From sequence record SRR16203515_2665: a DNA stretch of 58,543 nucleotides; one strand, given 5' to 3'. Below are positions 49,230 through 57,766 of the stretch, piece after piece. Position 1 is the stretch's first letter. Each line of letters starts with the position of its first letter. Position numbers and translations under genes: made by a program. A model generated the notes under the pieces. The model was given only the letters and a program-made list of their open reading frames with translations, made no database searches and was not told where the DNA came from.

Positions 49230-49787
49230 CTAAATGTTGGCGTATCGTGCTTTTGTGTCAAAGTAGGAGACACCAAAGTCAGCGAGTGGTTCAGCCACTG
49301 CAAATAACGTTTCAGCCATACCGACTGGTTGCATTGAGTTAATGCGTGAAATGGCTTCTGTTTGATAACCAAGCTGGTTCATCGCTGTTTGTTGGGCGAT
49401 ACCTTCCATGCGTTCATCCACACGGTCGTTGTACATGCCCTCAGAACGCTCAAAGTCAGCTATAAGTTGACTGACGTTCGCGCCTTGAACACCAGAGCCA
49501 GCGGCTGCTGCAAGGGCTGTAGCAGAGGCTTTGCGCTCTTTTAGGTCAGCATCCAACTTCTGTTGCAGTGTACGTGCTTGTTCCTGCTGGATGCGCAGGT
49601 TGGACTGCTTGGTCTTTAAAAAATAAGCGTCTTTTGCTGACTGTGTGTTTGCCACATAGGCTTGGTTCTTTTTCTTAGCTGTGTCGGCTGCTGCTGCCAT
49701 TTGGGCAACTGCTGTGACGCCCTGTATCGCCAACGATGCTGTCGCAAGTTGGGTTGCGGTCATAGCCGCAATTGCTGGTACGCACAT
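49230..49787 (-). CDS. Internal virion protein B (gp14-like)
   Basis: MCVP start, Ala/Gln-rich, GSGVQG; synteny. Confidence 0.75.
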   Translation of the reverse strand: MCVPAIAAMTATQLATASLAIQGVTAVAQMAAAADTAKKKNQAYVANTQSAKDAYFLKTKQSNLRIQQEQARTLQQKLDADLKERKASATALAAAAGSGVQGANVSQLIADFERSEGMYNDRVDERMEGIAQQTAMNQLGYQTEAISRINSMQPVGMAETLFAVAEPLADFGVSYFDTKARYANI

Positions 49788-49788
49788 A

Positions 49789-50247
49789 TTATATCCTCAC
49801 AAATTCGTAGAAGGGTCTTTGTTCAACCCCCCATCGCTCGTGTTTGTTGATGAATGAGAAACCCATCCATTTAAGCCATTTGATGTGAAGTTCGTTACGT
49901 GCATCGACGTAATTATGCAGAACAAGGTAGTCTTGTTGCAGCTTGTGTAAGACCTGTTTGGAGTGACGCAGGAAAGTAATCTGGTATTTTTCTATGTCAT
50001 CTGTCGCGCATAACCAGATACTGCCAGCGTCTTTAATTAACGATTTGCCAACCCCAAGCAAACCTACTGGTACGCCTGTAGGGGCAACCATCGTCAATGA
50101 AGTGTCGCCATATTTTAAGCCATCAAGCAAAGCACCCAGCGGCTCACGTCCTGTGGCCGCTAGGCATTCATCATAATCTGCTTGTCTGAGGCGAGGGGCT
50201 AAGAAGTAAACGTCATCGTAATCAGTTTTTCTTAAATATTTATTCAT
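49789..50247 (-). CDS. Internal virion protein A (gp13-like, GNAT-like fold)
   Basis: LRQAD..E, NYVDARN..HIKWLKWMGF; synteny. Confidence 0.8.
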   Translation of the reverse strand: MNKYLRKTDYDDVYFLAPRLRQADYDECLAATGREPLGALLDGLKYGDTSLTMVAPTGVPVGLLGVGKSLIKDAGSIWLCATDDIEKYQITFLRHSKQVLHKLQQDYLVLHNYVDARNELHIKWLKWMGFSFINKHERWGVEQRPFYEFVRI

Positions 50248-52595
50248 CGTCTCTTTGCACGAAGGTGTATGTTTCCTTCCCACTCAGCAGATAGGAACTG
50301 ACAGGGTAGGTGACTTTCACTTTCAATCGTAATTTTGGCGCGGTCAGATTTAATCATAATGGGAAACCTGAAGTCGCCACTGGTTAAAATGGTGTCACCA
50401 ATGATGTTCTCACCACCACCAATCAAACGCCCAGTAAATGAGTATGTTTGTATGGGGTTGCCACCAATCTTACTTTCAACTTTGCAGTCAAATTCGCCGC
50501 TGTCTTGGTATCGCAGTAGCCAATGTTTGATTTGTAGCCGACCACCAGCAATGGCCACACGGCCACCAGCGGGTGTGCTTTCTTTCAACGTTGGTTCTGA
50601 GAACTCATACTTCATTGTGTAGGGTTCACCGATGTAAACATCAGTCGATGACTTATCACCATCTACAACAACAGTTGTCGCTGTGCTTGAGGTGACAGGT
50701 ATCAGTTGTCCCTGTGATGTCCCACGAGTTACGACAGACGGGTTTGATAGCTGGAAGGGAATGGTGAATGTTGTTTCATCAGCAACACCGTCATAGGTCA
50801 CCGTGCAGTTGTCTTCAGTTATCCTGAAGTCCAATCGTGTGACATAGTCTTGGTCAGTGTCAGACCGTCCTTCATCGAAGTTAATCTTGTAGAGAATGGT
50901 TTTGCCTGACTTGTTTCCAACGACATACAAAGCACTTTCAATGAACTCAGCGTTTAGTATCTCAAGTCCGTTGAACGTGTACTTAAACCAAGCAGACTGC
51001 ATTTTCTCACGTCCAGACCAGTGCCACTTATAGACAAACATGGAACTGCTATCCTGTGTCGAAAGACAGATAAGCGAGTTTTCTGTTGTTGATGCGGCCA
51101 TGTCATAGACGCCATCAGGTATGAACTTTGATACGTGAGAGGTGACATCAACAGCATCTGAGCGGTCAGTGTCATCAATGACGTAATATTCACGCACAGA
51201 GGTGAAGCCACCGCGTGTGGCAGGGAAGTAAACAACGTTACCCGCTGTGGCAGGTCGTGCCGCTGTACTTGCTTCATACTCTGTCGTTTGAGCAATGCTG
51301 GTGTTCTTTGGTGTTAAGAAGTCACCGCCTTTTAAAATGAACTGTGTCTGGTCACTAAACAGCAGCAGCTTACGGTCAAAGGGTATTGCGTGTTGTAGGA
51401 AAGAAACCTTTGTGTGCGAAGCTGCAACGTCTATCGGGTCAGTGTCCAACAGGGTTCTGGCAGTTGCTGCAAAGAAGTCAAAGTATTCAGATGTTCGAGA
51501 CATCACGACATTCTCGCCAGCAAGCACACCTAGTCTGTTCTGGAAGAAAAAGATGTCTGATAGCTTCTGCCCAATAAAGGTTGGGTCAGGCACACTACCT
51601 TCGTCACCAACAGCACGGTCGCCCCATTCAGCCTGTTCAAACGTAAACGAACCATCAGCTTGCCTAATGAGCAAATGCGGCATGGTCGTTTTGTCGAACT
51701 CAAAGGGAATATTAGGCTTTACCCATTCGACCCAAGTCCCTTCAGAACTAAGGTTTTGACCAGCGTTCTGAGCCTCGAACTTCACGTAATAATTGTCAAA
51801 ATCGTTGGTCTGGTCGCCCTGAACTTCCGCTACATATCCATGTGGTGCTTGGCGTGGTAGGTCATCAAATCGCTGAACTACTCCGACCGTTGCATCCAGT
51901 CCCGTATCACCAAGGCTATCGTATGTGGCGAGGTCAAAACTTGCGTTGCCTGTTTTGTTGATGACAACGGTGGAACCATCGGCTCTCGCTGTGAACCCGC
52001 TTTGTCCATTAACTGCTGTGGCAAGTCTTGAGGCGATGTCATCGGTACGTGTTTCCAATTGATCTGTTGCTGAAGTTGTAATGTTAGCAGCAATAGAGCC
52101 ATCAAGATAGATTGTGTAACGCTGATTGTAGTCACCTTGCTTTACAGCCACCAACCCAGTGTAGGGATAGTTCGGTGTTGTCTGTGTAGACATTGCTGTG
52201 GTGATGTCAGTGTTCACGATAAACGTGTAATCAGCCACGGTTACAAACTTAAACGACGTCGCTGGTGTTGTGGTGTTCAGATAAGACGTGCCATCGGGGT
52301 AGGTGACAGTCTTCTGATTACCTGCAAGGTCATAGACAGCAATCGTGTTGTTATCATCAATGAACACGAAGTATCGCTCATTGACGTCACGGTTAATCAA
52401 ATGCACCGCTTGGCCAGAGGTTACAGAGTTCTTCAGTGTTGCCACGTACTCAAGAGGTGGTCGTTTAAACAAACCCTCTACGAGCGAACTGAATGCATTT
52501 TCTTGCAGTTCTGCTTGGCTACTCAAGCGCAAGCTAGGTGACTGCTGAGACACCCCTTGGACAAGGTTAGGAATAGCAGAACTTATTTGAGGCAT
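50244..52595 (-). CDS. Tail tubular protein B (gp12-like)
   Basis: IPNLVQGVSQQ, GLFKRPP, W.DR.VGD, FFQNRLG, QSAW. Confidence 0.95.
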   Translation of the reverse strand: MPQISSAIPNLVQGVSQQSPSLRLSSQAELQENAFSSLVEGLFKRPPLEYVATLKNSVTSGQAVHLINRDVNERYFVFIDDNNTIAVYDLAGNQKTVTYPDGTSYLNTTTPATSFKFVTVADYTFIVNTDITTAMSTQTTPNYPYTGLVAVKQGDYNQRYTIYLDGSIAANITTSATDQLETRTDDIASRLATAVNGQSGFTARADGSTVVINKTGNASFDLATYDSLGDTGLDATVGVVQRFDDLPRQAPHGYVAEVQGDQTNDFDNYYVKFEAQNAGQNLSSEGTWVEWVKPNIPFEFDKTTMPHLLIRQADGSFTFEQAEWGDRAVGDEGSVPDPTFIGQKLSDIFFFQNRLGVLAGENVVMSRTSEYFDFFAATARTLLDTDPIDVAASHTKVSFLQHAIPFDRKLLLFSDQTQFILKGGDFLTPKNTSIAQTTEYEASTAARPATAGNVVYFPATRGGFTSVREYYVIDDTDRSDAVDVTSHVSKFIPDGVYDMAASTTENSLICLSTQDSSSMFVYKWHWSGREKMQSAWFKYTFNGLEILNAEFIESALYVVGNKSGKTILYKINFDEGRSDTDQDYVTRLDFRITEDNCTVTYDGVADETTFTIPFQLSNPSVVTRGTSQGQLIPVTSSTATTVVVDGDKSSTDVYIGEPYTMKYEFSEPTLKESTPAGGRVAIAGGRLQIKHWLLRYQDSGEFDCKVESKIGGNPIQTYSFTGRLIGGGENIIGDTILTSGDFRFPIMIKSDRAKITIESESHLPCQFLSAEWEGNIHLRAKRR

Positions 52596-53185
52596 TACGG
52601 TAGAATCCTATGTTTGAACCCACGGTTCAGCACACGAGCGACAGAGTAGCTGTCCATCATCGTGTAATCGGCTGTGTCACCTTCGTATTGCTTCAAATCA
52701 ACAAGGGCTTGTTGTTCGTCGCGCAGGGTCATTGCGTGGATTGTTTCGCTGTTTAGCAAGCGGTCTGCGTATATACGTGCAGCACGGGCAGTGATGTAGC
52801 GTTTGGCGACCTCTGGAATAACGTCGAAGTCTTGGAAGTAAATAATATCGACTTTTATAGTGCTACCAAATTCATAGGTACGCTTGTTCAGGTCGAATAA
52901 CTTGCCCTCACGCACCACAACATTGAAGTCACGGCTATCTATTCTGGCTGTATCCGCTGGGATAAGGATGTTTTCATTGTTATCTGGCGGTAGTTTCACA
53001 CCATGTTCAGTGTTCCAGTGCCAGCCTTGTGACTGAATTTCACGGCTGACCTCTAATAAGACCTGTCTGGCAATAGTAACGTCTGTCACTTGGTTGCCTG
53101 TAAGTGTGTTCACAGGGGCTTCACCGATAGTCGTAAGAAGTACGTTGACCGCTTCTAGTTCGGTCATATTGGTTGGTTTGGTCAT
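52595..53185 (-). CDS. Tail tubular protein A (gp11-like)
   Basis: TELEAVN.LL..IGEAPV, Q.QGW.WN, YITARAAR. Confidence 0.95.
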   Translation of the reverse strand: MTKPTNMTELEAVNVLLTTIGEAPVNTLTGNQVTDVTIARQVLLEVSREIQSQGWHWNTEHGVKLPPDNNENILIPADTARIDSRDFNVVVREGKLFDLNKRTYEFGSTIKVDIIYFQDFDVIPEVAKRYITARAARIYADRLLNSETIHAMTLRDEQQALVDLKQYEGDTADYTMMDSYSVARVLNRGFKHRILP

Positions 53186-53194
53186 AGCGCCCTC

Positions 53195-53232
53195 AAAAAT
53201 AAAAAAAAGGGCCAGCCACTAGGACTGACCCT
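53195..53232 (-). terminator. Terminator after the capsid gene (T-phi-like position)
   Basis: AGGGTCAG...CTGGCCCT followed by a long T-run. Confidence 0.8.
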
Positions 53233-53238
53233 GATAGA

Positions 53239-54201
53239 TCAAGCAATCTTAATTTCGACTGCGCATTCTGGACGAAGGACGCCATGGCCCATCGCATATT
53301 TAGCAGCCATTAGAGTACCTTGATACATGATGTTAAAGTCACCAGTAGTTTGTTCTACTGCCAAATCCATCAATTTCACTGTACCGATAGCTTGCTTCTG
53401 CATGACTAATGCAGCGGTATTTGAGAAGTCACCGTTGTAGGTGTTGTTCTCACCTGATGCTGCCGAAACGTTCGTCGTAGGTAGGTTATTTGTCTTTACG
53501 ATTTGAATACCTGCTACCCGAAGAACAGTACCGTCAGCATATACCCCAGCACCGCCCCAATCACGATTGATAACGTCTGTTGTCTGAACGAGATTGTAGT
53601 ATTGTTCTGGCTTAACCAAAGCCACGCGCTCGTTTTCTGGAACGTCTTTTTCGTCCATAGCTTGAGCCGCGTCAAAGATTGCCGCAGCCAAGTCAGCACC
53701 TGAAGTACGTGCGTTCGCAGATGTGATAGCTGTTCCACCGTTACCTCCTGATACTGTTGCCGCTGAACGTGCTGCAAGTAGACCAACACGCATTGTGCGA
53801 GTGTCGAACTCTTTCGCCAAAGCCATACCCAGAAGACGTGAGTATTCTGCACGTACATCGTAGTGGTTCTTTGCTTCGTCGATGTCAGCAATGAATGTGT
53901 CCGCAACGAGTAGGTCATCAATGTTGATAACGACTTCGTTGTGGTTCACTGATTGTGTACCTAGCAGCGGTGTACCAACTGTGTGGTAAGCTGCTGATGT
54001 TTTACCCATCACTGGGAATGATGCGGATTTACCGCTTGAGATTGTACGTGACGTATGAAGGTCTTTCATCACGTTGTTTTCGTCAAATGCAGTCAAAACT
54101 TCCCCAGCAAACACCTTTAGAAATAAGCTGTTTTCTGTTGCGAAGTTTGTTGGCGTTGCGCCATTGACCACACCTAAGCGAGACGCTGTTGCGTTTGCCA
54201 T
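53239..54201 (-). CDS. Major capsid protein (gp10-like)
   Basis: LFLKVFAGEVLTAF, RTISSGKSASFP, IDEAKNHYDVRAEYS, YAMGHGVLRPE. Confidence 0.97.
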   Translation of the reverse strand: MANATASRLGVVNGATPTNFATENSLFLKVFAGEVLTAFDENNVMKDLHTSRTISSGKSASFPVMGKTSAAYHTVGTPLLGTQSVNHNEVVINIDDLLVADTFIADIDEAKNHYDVRAEYSRLLGMALAKEFDTRTMRVGLLAARSAATVSGGNGGTAITSANARTSGADLAAAIFDAAQAMDEKDVPENERVALVKPEQYYNLVQTTDVINRDWGGAGVYADGTVLRVAGIQIVKTNNLPTTNVSAASGENNTYNGDFSNTAALVMQKQAIGTVKLMDLAVEQTTGDFNIMYQGTLMAAKYAMGHGVLRPECAVEIKIA

Positions 54202-54358
54202 AGTTGTTTATCCTTATGTTAAATGTGGGAAATGACTGTCGCTACTAATCGCACGGGTTGTCAGACGCATCTGGCCTATGTTTTCATTGTCGATAGTCGG
54301 TCTGCCTAAAGAGGCATGACGGTGACCCTAAGGATAATGATGGGGCTTTCGCCCCACC

Positions 54359-54490
54359 TTATTTTTTCTTAGCTGTTTTCTTCGCGCGTCTAAAAGCTGC
54401 ATCAGTAGGTGCGCCTTTTGCACCTTTCTTGCGGGGCTTTTCTCCACGCTTACGCTTTAATTCGATATTATGATAAAGACTGTGACCCAT
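54359..54490 (-). CDS. 43-aa highly basic peptide
   Basis: MGHSLYHNIELKRKRGEKPRKKGAKGAPTDAAFRRAKKTAKKK; starts 1 nt after the previous stop. Confidence 0.7.
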   Translation of the reverse strand: MGHSLYHNIELKRKRGEKPRKKGAKGAPTDAAFRRAKKTAKKK

Positions 54491-54491
54491 A

Positions 54492-54551
54492 TTATTTCTT
54501 CTTTGGTGGACGGCCACGTTTCTTACCGTAGGTTCCTTTTCCCATAGGCAT
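54492..54551 (-). CDS. 19-aa basic peptide with AT-hook-like RGRP
   Basis: MPMGKGTYGKKRGRPPKKK; AGGAG RBS. Confidence 0.7.
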   Translation of the reverse strand: MPMGKGTYGKKRGRPPKKK

Positions 54552-54562
54552 GGTTAGCACTC

Positions 54563-55282
54563 CTAAAATACGTTTGATCTAGCAAGTTTCTGTTCAACGT
54601 CTTTGGTGTAAGCAGGGTCGGAGCCGTAGCGGCTGTCTTTCATCGCAGCCACCACTTCAGCCGTGGACCTAAATTCGTCCTTAGAGGCTGCTTTGGCTTT
54701 GCCTGAGATAAGATTGGGTTCAACACCCTCTGCTGCTTCACGCTTTGAAATTAGCCACTCTACGGCCATCTTTGCGTTGTCAGTACCTGTTTCAACCATT
54801 GAGTTGTAAAGCTGTAACTCAGCAGTATCCATGTTTGATTTGGCCCAGTCGGTTAACTCTTGATAACCTTCCGTCCCCCCAGCGACTTGCATCACAGCAT
54901 CAACATCAGCGGTCTGCGCTGCGGCCATGCCTTTGATGTAGGTTTCTACCATTTCGCGTGGGTAGCCCATCTGTTCCAGTTCAGTGAAACTGTCGGAACT
55001 CAGTTCTCCTTGGTTTGCAAATTCCTCTGCGAACTTATCAAAGCTAACCGTTTCACCTTTAGGTTCTGTTTCCACATTTGCTTCATCAGCATCTGTAGTC
55101 TCTTCCTTCGGTGCGGACAGTTTCTTTTCCAGTTCTGCATACGACTTGGCTAAATCCTCAGGAGATGTAAACTTTTCTGGCAACCAATCTGGTCGCTCAG
55201 AAAGGTTATCCTGCGTTGCTTCCACTGGGGGTGGGGCATCAGGGCCAGTCTGGGCTTCGGTGATTGTTACGCTGTCTGCCAT
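54563..55282 (-). CDS. Capsid assembly/scaffolding protein (gp9-like)
   Basis: RPDWLPEKF..EDLAKSY.ELEKK; F.S.AEV..AM.D.RY..DPAY. Confidence 0.93.
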   Translation of the reverse strand: MADSVTITEAQTGPDAPPPVEATQDNLSERPDWLPEKFTSPEDLAKSYAELEKKLSAPKEETTDADEANVETEPKGETVSFDKFAEEFANQGELSSDSFTELEQMGYPREMVETYIKGMAAAQTADVDAVMQVAGGTEGYQELTDWAKSNMDTAELQLYNSMVETGTDNAKMAVEWLISKREAAEGVEPNLISGKAKAASKDEFRSTAEVVAAMKDSRYGSDPAYTKDVEQKLARSNVF

Positions 55283-55377
55283 TAGTAATCCGTTCTTATG
55301 TTCTTACGAGGTGTTTCGGATTGCTTGTCAGTTTGCTTGGGTGCCTCCGTCTTGGGCGTTGGCTTGGGCTTGCTCAT
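55282..55377 (-). CDS. 31-aa peptide overlapping the portal end, coupled to the scaffold gene
   Basis: MSKPKPTPKTEAPKQTDKQSETPRKNIRTDY; TAATG overlap with the scaffold start. Confidence 0.4.
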   Translation of the reverse strand: MSKPKPTPKTEAPKQTDKQSETPRKNIRTDY

Positions 55378-56890
55378 ATGAATTTCCTAATTGTTTAACA
55401 CCCTCTTGCAGTGCAGAAGGTCCAGCTTGCATCAGCATTTGCTGCATTTGTGCTTGCTGCATTTCTTGGGCGATTTGTTCTTCAGACTTAATCAATCCTT
55501 CAGTGTCGATGCCTAAGGCAGTCGCACGACGTTTGATGTAGTCTTGAAGGTTAACGTATTGTTGCAGGACTTCTGGCCCTAAGGCTTCAGCCATGCCTCG
55601 AATAAAGAGGTCCAGTTTGCGTAAATCATGACCACGTCCCAAGGCTTCCATACCTGTCACAATGGTGGGTTTAACCACATCGTCAGGTAGCTTTGGAAGT
55701 TTGTTGGCTTTGGTCAGTACATCAATCTTGCGATTAACGTATGGCAACTGAAACTCCATGCTCAGAATGCTGTAGATGCCACTGAGTGTGTCTTCTAGTT
55801 CACTTGCGAGGTATCTAATTTCTTCTGCTGTGACACGTTCTGCGTCACGTTGTACGGATGATTGCAGCATAAATTGCTGGCTCAAACGTTCTTCAATTCC
55901 TGCCATTGCTTGATAGGCGACACGGAAGTCATTGTACTTTTCCATCTGTAAGACAGAAACGTCCTGACGGTTACCTTCAATGATGGCAGTGTTTTCAGCT
56001 TCTGCGATGGTGCGCATTCTCGTTGTGCCGTTTGGATTCACCATAAAGAGAACCTTGGCAGCAGAGGCTGCACCTTCAACGATAGCTTGTGACAAGGCTT
56101 CAAGGGACCGTAGGTCACCTAGAAGTTCTTCTACAAAGCCACGCCCGTAGTCTTCACCATCAATGCGGCTAAAGCGCAGGGGCAGGAAGGGGACGCTTTC
56201 TGCGCGGTACTTACCTTTTGACCCTGTTATTAATTCGCCTTTGACCTCTTGGTGAACGTGGAACATTTCGTTCTTACGCTCAACGTAGGTGTAGACTTCA
56301 AGTGTCTTTTCATCGCCCTCAAGTTTACCTTGGATTTTAGCAGCAGTTGCTTTGTCCAAACTGTTTGGGCTGACATGTTCTACAGTAATAACCTCAAGCA
56401 CGTCACCATTAGGCGCACGATTGACGGTGTAACTGTCCAAGTGGAACACGCGGACTTTATCTGAGCCTACGTGCAGTAGCACATTACCACCTACGATGAG
56501 GTGTTTTAGTGCCTCGTGTACCGCAACTCTGTCGCCAGCACTTTCAATCTCGCTCATCACCGCACGTTCATATTCACCCAACTGTTTCTCAACATCGGTA
56601 CGTGCTTCTGGGTCATCTGCCATTTGCTTGAGCGTGTATGGCTCGACCATAAAGCGGAAGAACGGTGCGTTAGGCGGCATCAATGCCAGCGAAAGTTTAG
56701 AGGCCAGATTGTTCACACCACGTGCGCCAATGCCCTGATAGGGCGTATACAGGTCTGATGTCTCGTTATGAGTATCAGGCGGTATTAAGCTAGGAATGGT
56801 GAGTTCTGAACAGTCTCTGGCTCTATCAAGATAGGGCTGACGTAAATGTTCAAGCTGACGGTAACGCTCTTCGGCTTTACCCATGCTCAT
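55328..56890 (-). CDS. Portal/head-tail connector (gp8-like)
   Basis: QGIGARGVNNLASKL, GEDYGRG.VEE.LGDL, ERVTAEEIR, TGMEALGR. Confidence 0.97.
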   Translation of the reverse strand: MSMGKAEERYRQLEHLRQPYLDRARDCSELTIPSLIPPDTHNETSDLYTPYQGIGARGVNNLASKLSLALMPPNAPFFRFMVEPYTLKQMADDPEARTDVEKQLGEYERAVMSEIESAGDRVAVHEALKHLIVGGNVLLHVGSDKVRVFHLDSYTVNRAPNGDVLEVITVEHVSPNSLDKATAAKIQGKLEGDEKTLEVYTYVERKNEMFHVHQEVKGELITGSKGKYRAESVPFLPLRFSRIDGEDYGRGFVEELLGDLRSLEALSQAIVEGAASAAKVLFMVNPNGTTRMRTIAEAENTAIIEGNRQDVSVLQMEKYNDFRVAYQAMAGIEERLSQQFMLQSSVQRDAERVTAEEIRYLASELEDTLSGIYSILSMEFQLPYVNRKIDVLTKANKLPKLPDDVVKPTIVTGMEALGRGHDLRKLDLFIRGMAEALGPEVLQQYVNLQDYIKRRATALGIDTEGLIKSEEQIAQEMQQAQMQQMLMQAGPSALQEGVKQLGNSYEQAQANAQDGGTQAN

Positions 56891-56898
56891 TTACTGTC

Positions 56899-57198
56899 TC
56901 ACTTATTGATTTGTAGACCCGTTTGTTTTGCCATGTTTGCAACAACTGGGTCGAGGTCAACGCGAAGCTGTGAAGTGCCTTGCGCTTTCTTCAAGGTTGC
57001 GCCTTTTTCTGCCTGTACGCCACTCTCAGGATTTGAGGGGTCATAGACGTTTTGCATTACAGGCTTACCGCTTGCATCCAGCGCACCTGACGTACCCATA
57101 ACGGGTGCTGGAGGTGGTGGTGCAGGGGGTGGGGGCGCAGGAGGGGTCGGTGCAACCGCTGCTGGGGCTGGCACGGACGGGGTGCTAAAGAAGCACAT
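56899..57198 (-). CDS. Pro-rich virion protein upstream of portal (gp7.3-like position)
   Basis: MCF start, poly-Pro, GTSQLRVDL. Confidence 0.7.
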   Translation of the reverse strand: MCFFSTPSVPAPAAVAPTPPAPPPPAPPPPAPVMGTSGALDASGKPVMQNVYDPSNPESGVQAEKGATLKKAQGTSQLRVDLDPVVANMAKQTGLQINK

Positions 57199-57201
57199 GG
57201 G

Positions 57202-57381
57202 CTATTCTCCTGTTAATTGTCGTTTAGATTGTTCTTCAAATTGTTTGCGGAGAAACTCAACGACTGAGCGTTGTCCACCACGCCACATTAAGTGTTGATG
57301 TGTTTCATCTAATTGTGGAGACTGGTTTGGAAAACGCTCTTCTAATTCGTTTAAGAGTTCTTCAGAAACGTATGGAAACAT
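57202..57381 (-). CDS. 59-aa phage protein, first gene of the structural module
   Basis: MFPYVSEELLNELEERFP...WRGGQRSVVEFL; GGAGG RBS. Confidence 0.75.
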   Translation of the reverse strand: MFPYVSEELLNELEERFPNQSPQLDETHQHLMWRGGQRSVVEFLRKQFEEQSKRQLTGE

Positions 57382-57392
57382 TTAGTAATCCT

Positions 57393-57405
57393 CCATAGTG
57401 CAACC
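57393..57405 (-). promoter_or_regulatory. Candidate phage RNA polymerase late promoter
   Basis: GGTTGCACTATGG directly before the structural operon RBS. Confidence 0.75.
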
Positions 57406-57424
57406 GTTTGTTGGGAATGTGGTT

Positions 57425-57766
57425 ATGAAAAAATTATTGTTGATTGCTTTAATAACTTTTGGTGCGCCAGCTTGGTCACAAGTGGATATGAATTATAAGC
57501 GGTGCGAAAATTTAGCCTACGATGTGACTATGTTGATACTTGGGGGCGCACCATTAGAGTTGGTTTACGACCACGTGCGGTACAGAGAAAGTGCTTTGGT
57601 TAAAGGCGCAAATGATGACAACCGATTTGCCAAGTATTTGGCGCGGACTGTTTATGAAACGTTAGGCGCATTTAAAAGCGAGGGTATTACCCTTGAAGTT
57701 ATAGACCTTGCAGTGGTTGATGAGTTTTGCAAAGGTGCTCTGCGATATTACAAACGCCCAAAATAA
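57425..57766 (+). CDS. Antisense secreted/periplasmic hypothetical protein (moron-like)
   Basis: Signal peptide MKKLLLIALITFGAPAWS-Q; two Cys. Confidence 0.65.
   Translation: MKKLLLIALITFGAPAWSQVDMNYKRCENLAYDVTMLILGGAPLELVYDHVRYRESALVKGANDDNRFAKYLARTVYETLGAFKSEGITLEVIDLAVVDEFCKGALRYYKRPK

Noticed and set aside
53200-53300. T7 gp10B-type capsid frameshift extension
   Set aside because: No slippery site recognised, and a terminator follows the stop immediately.
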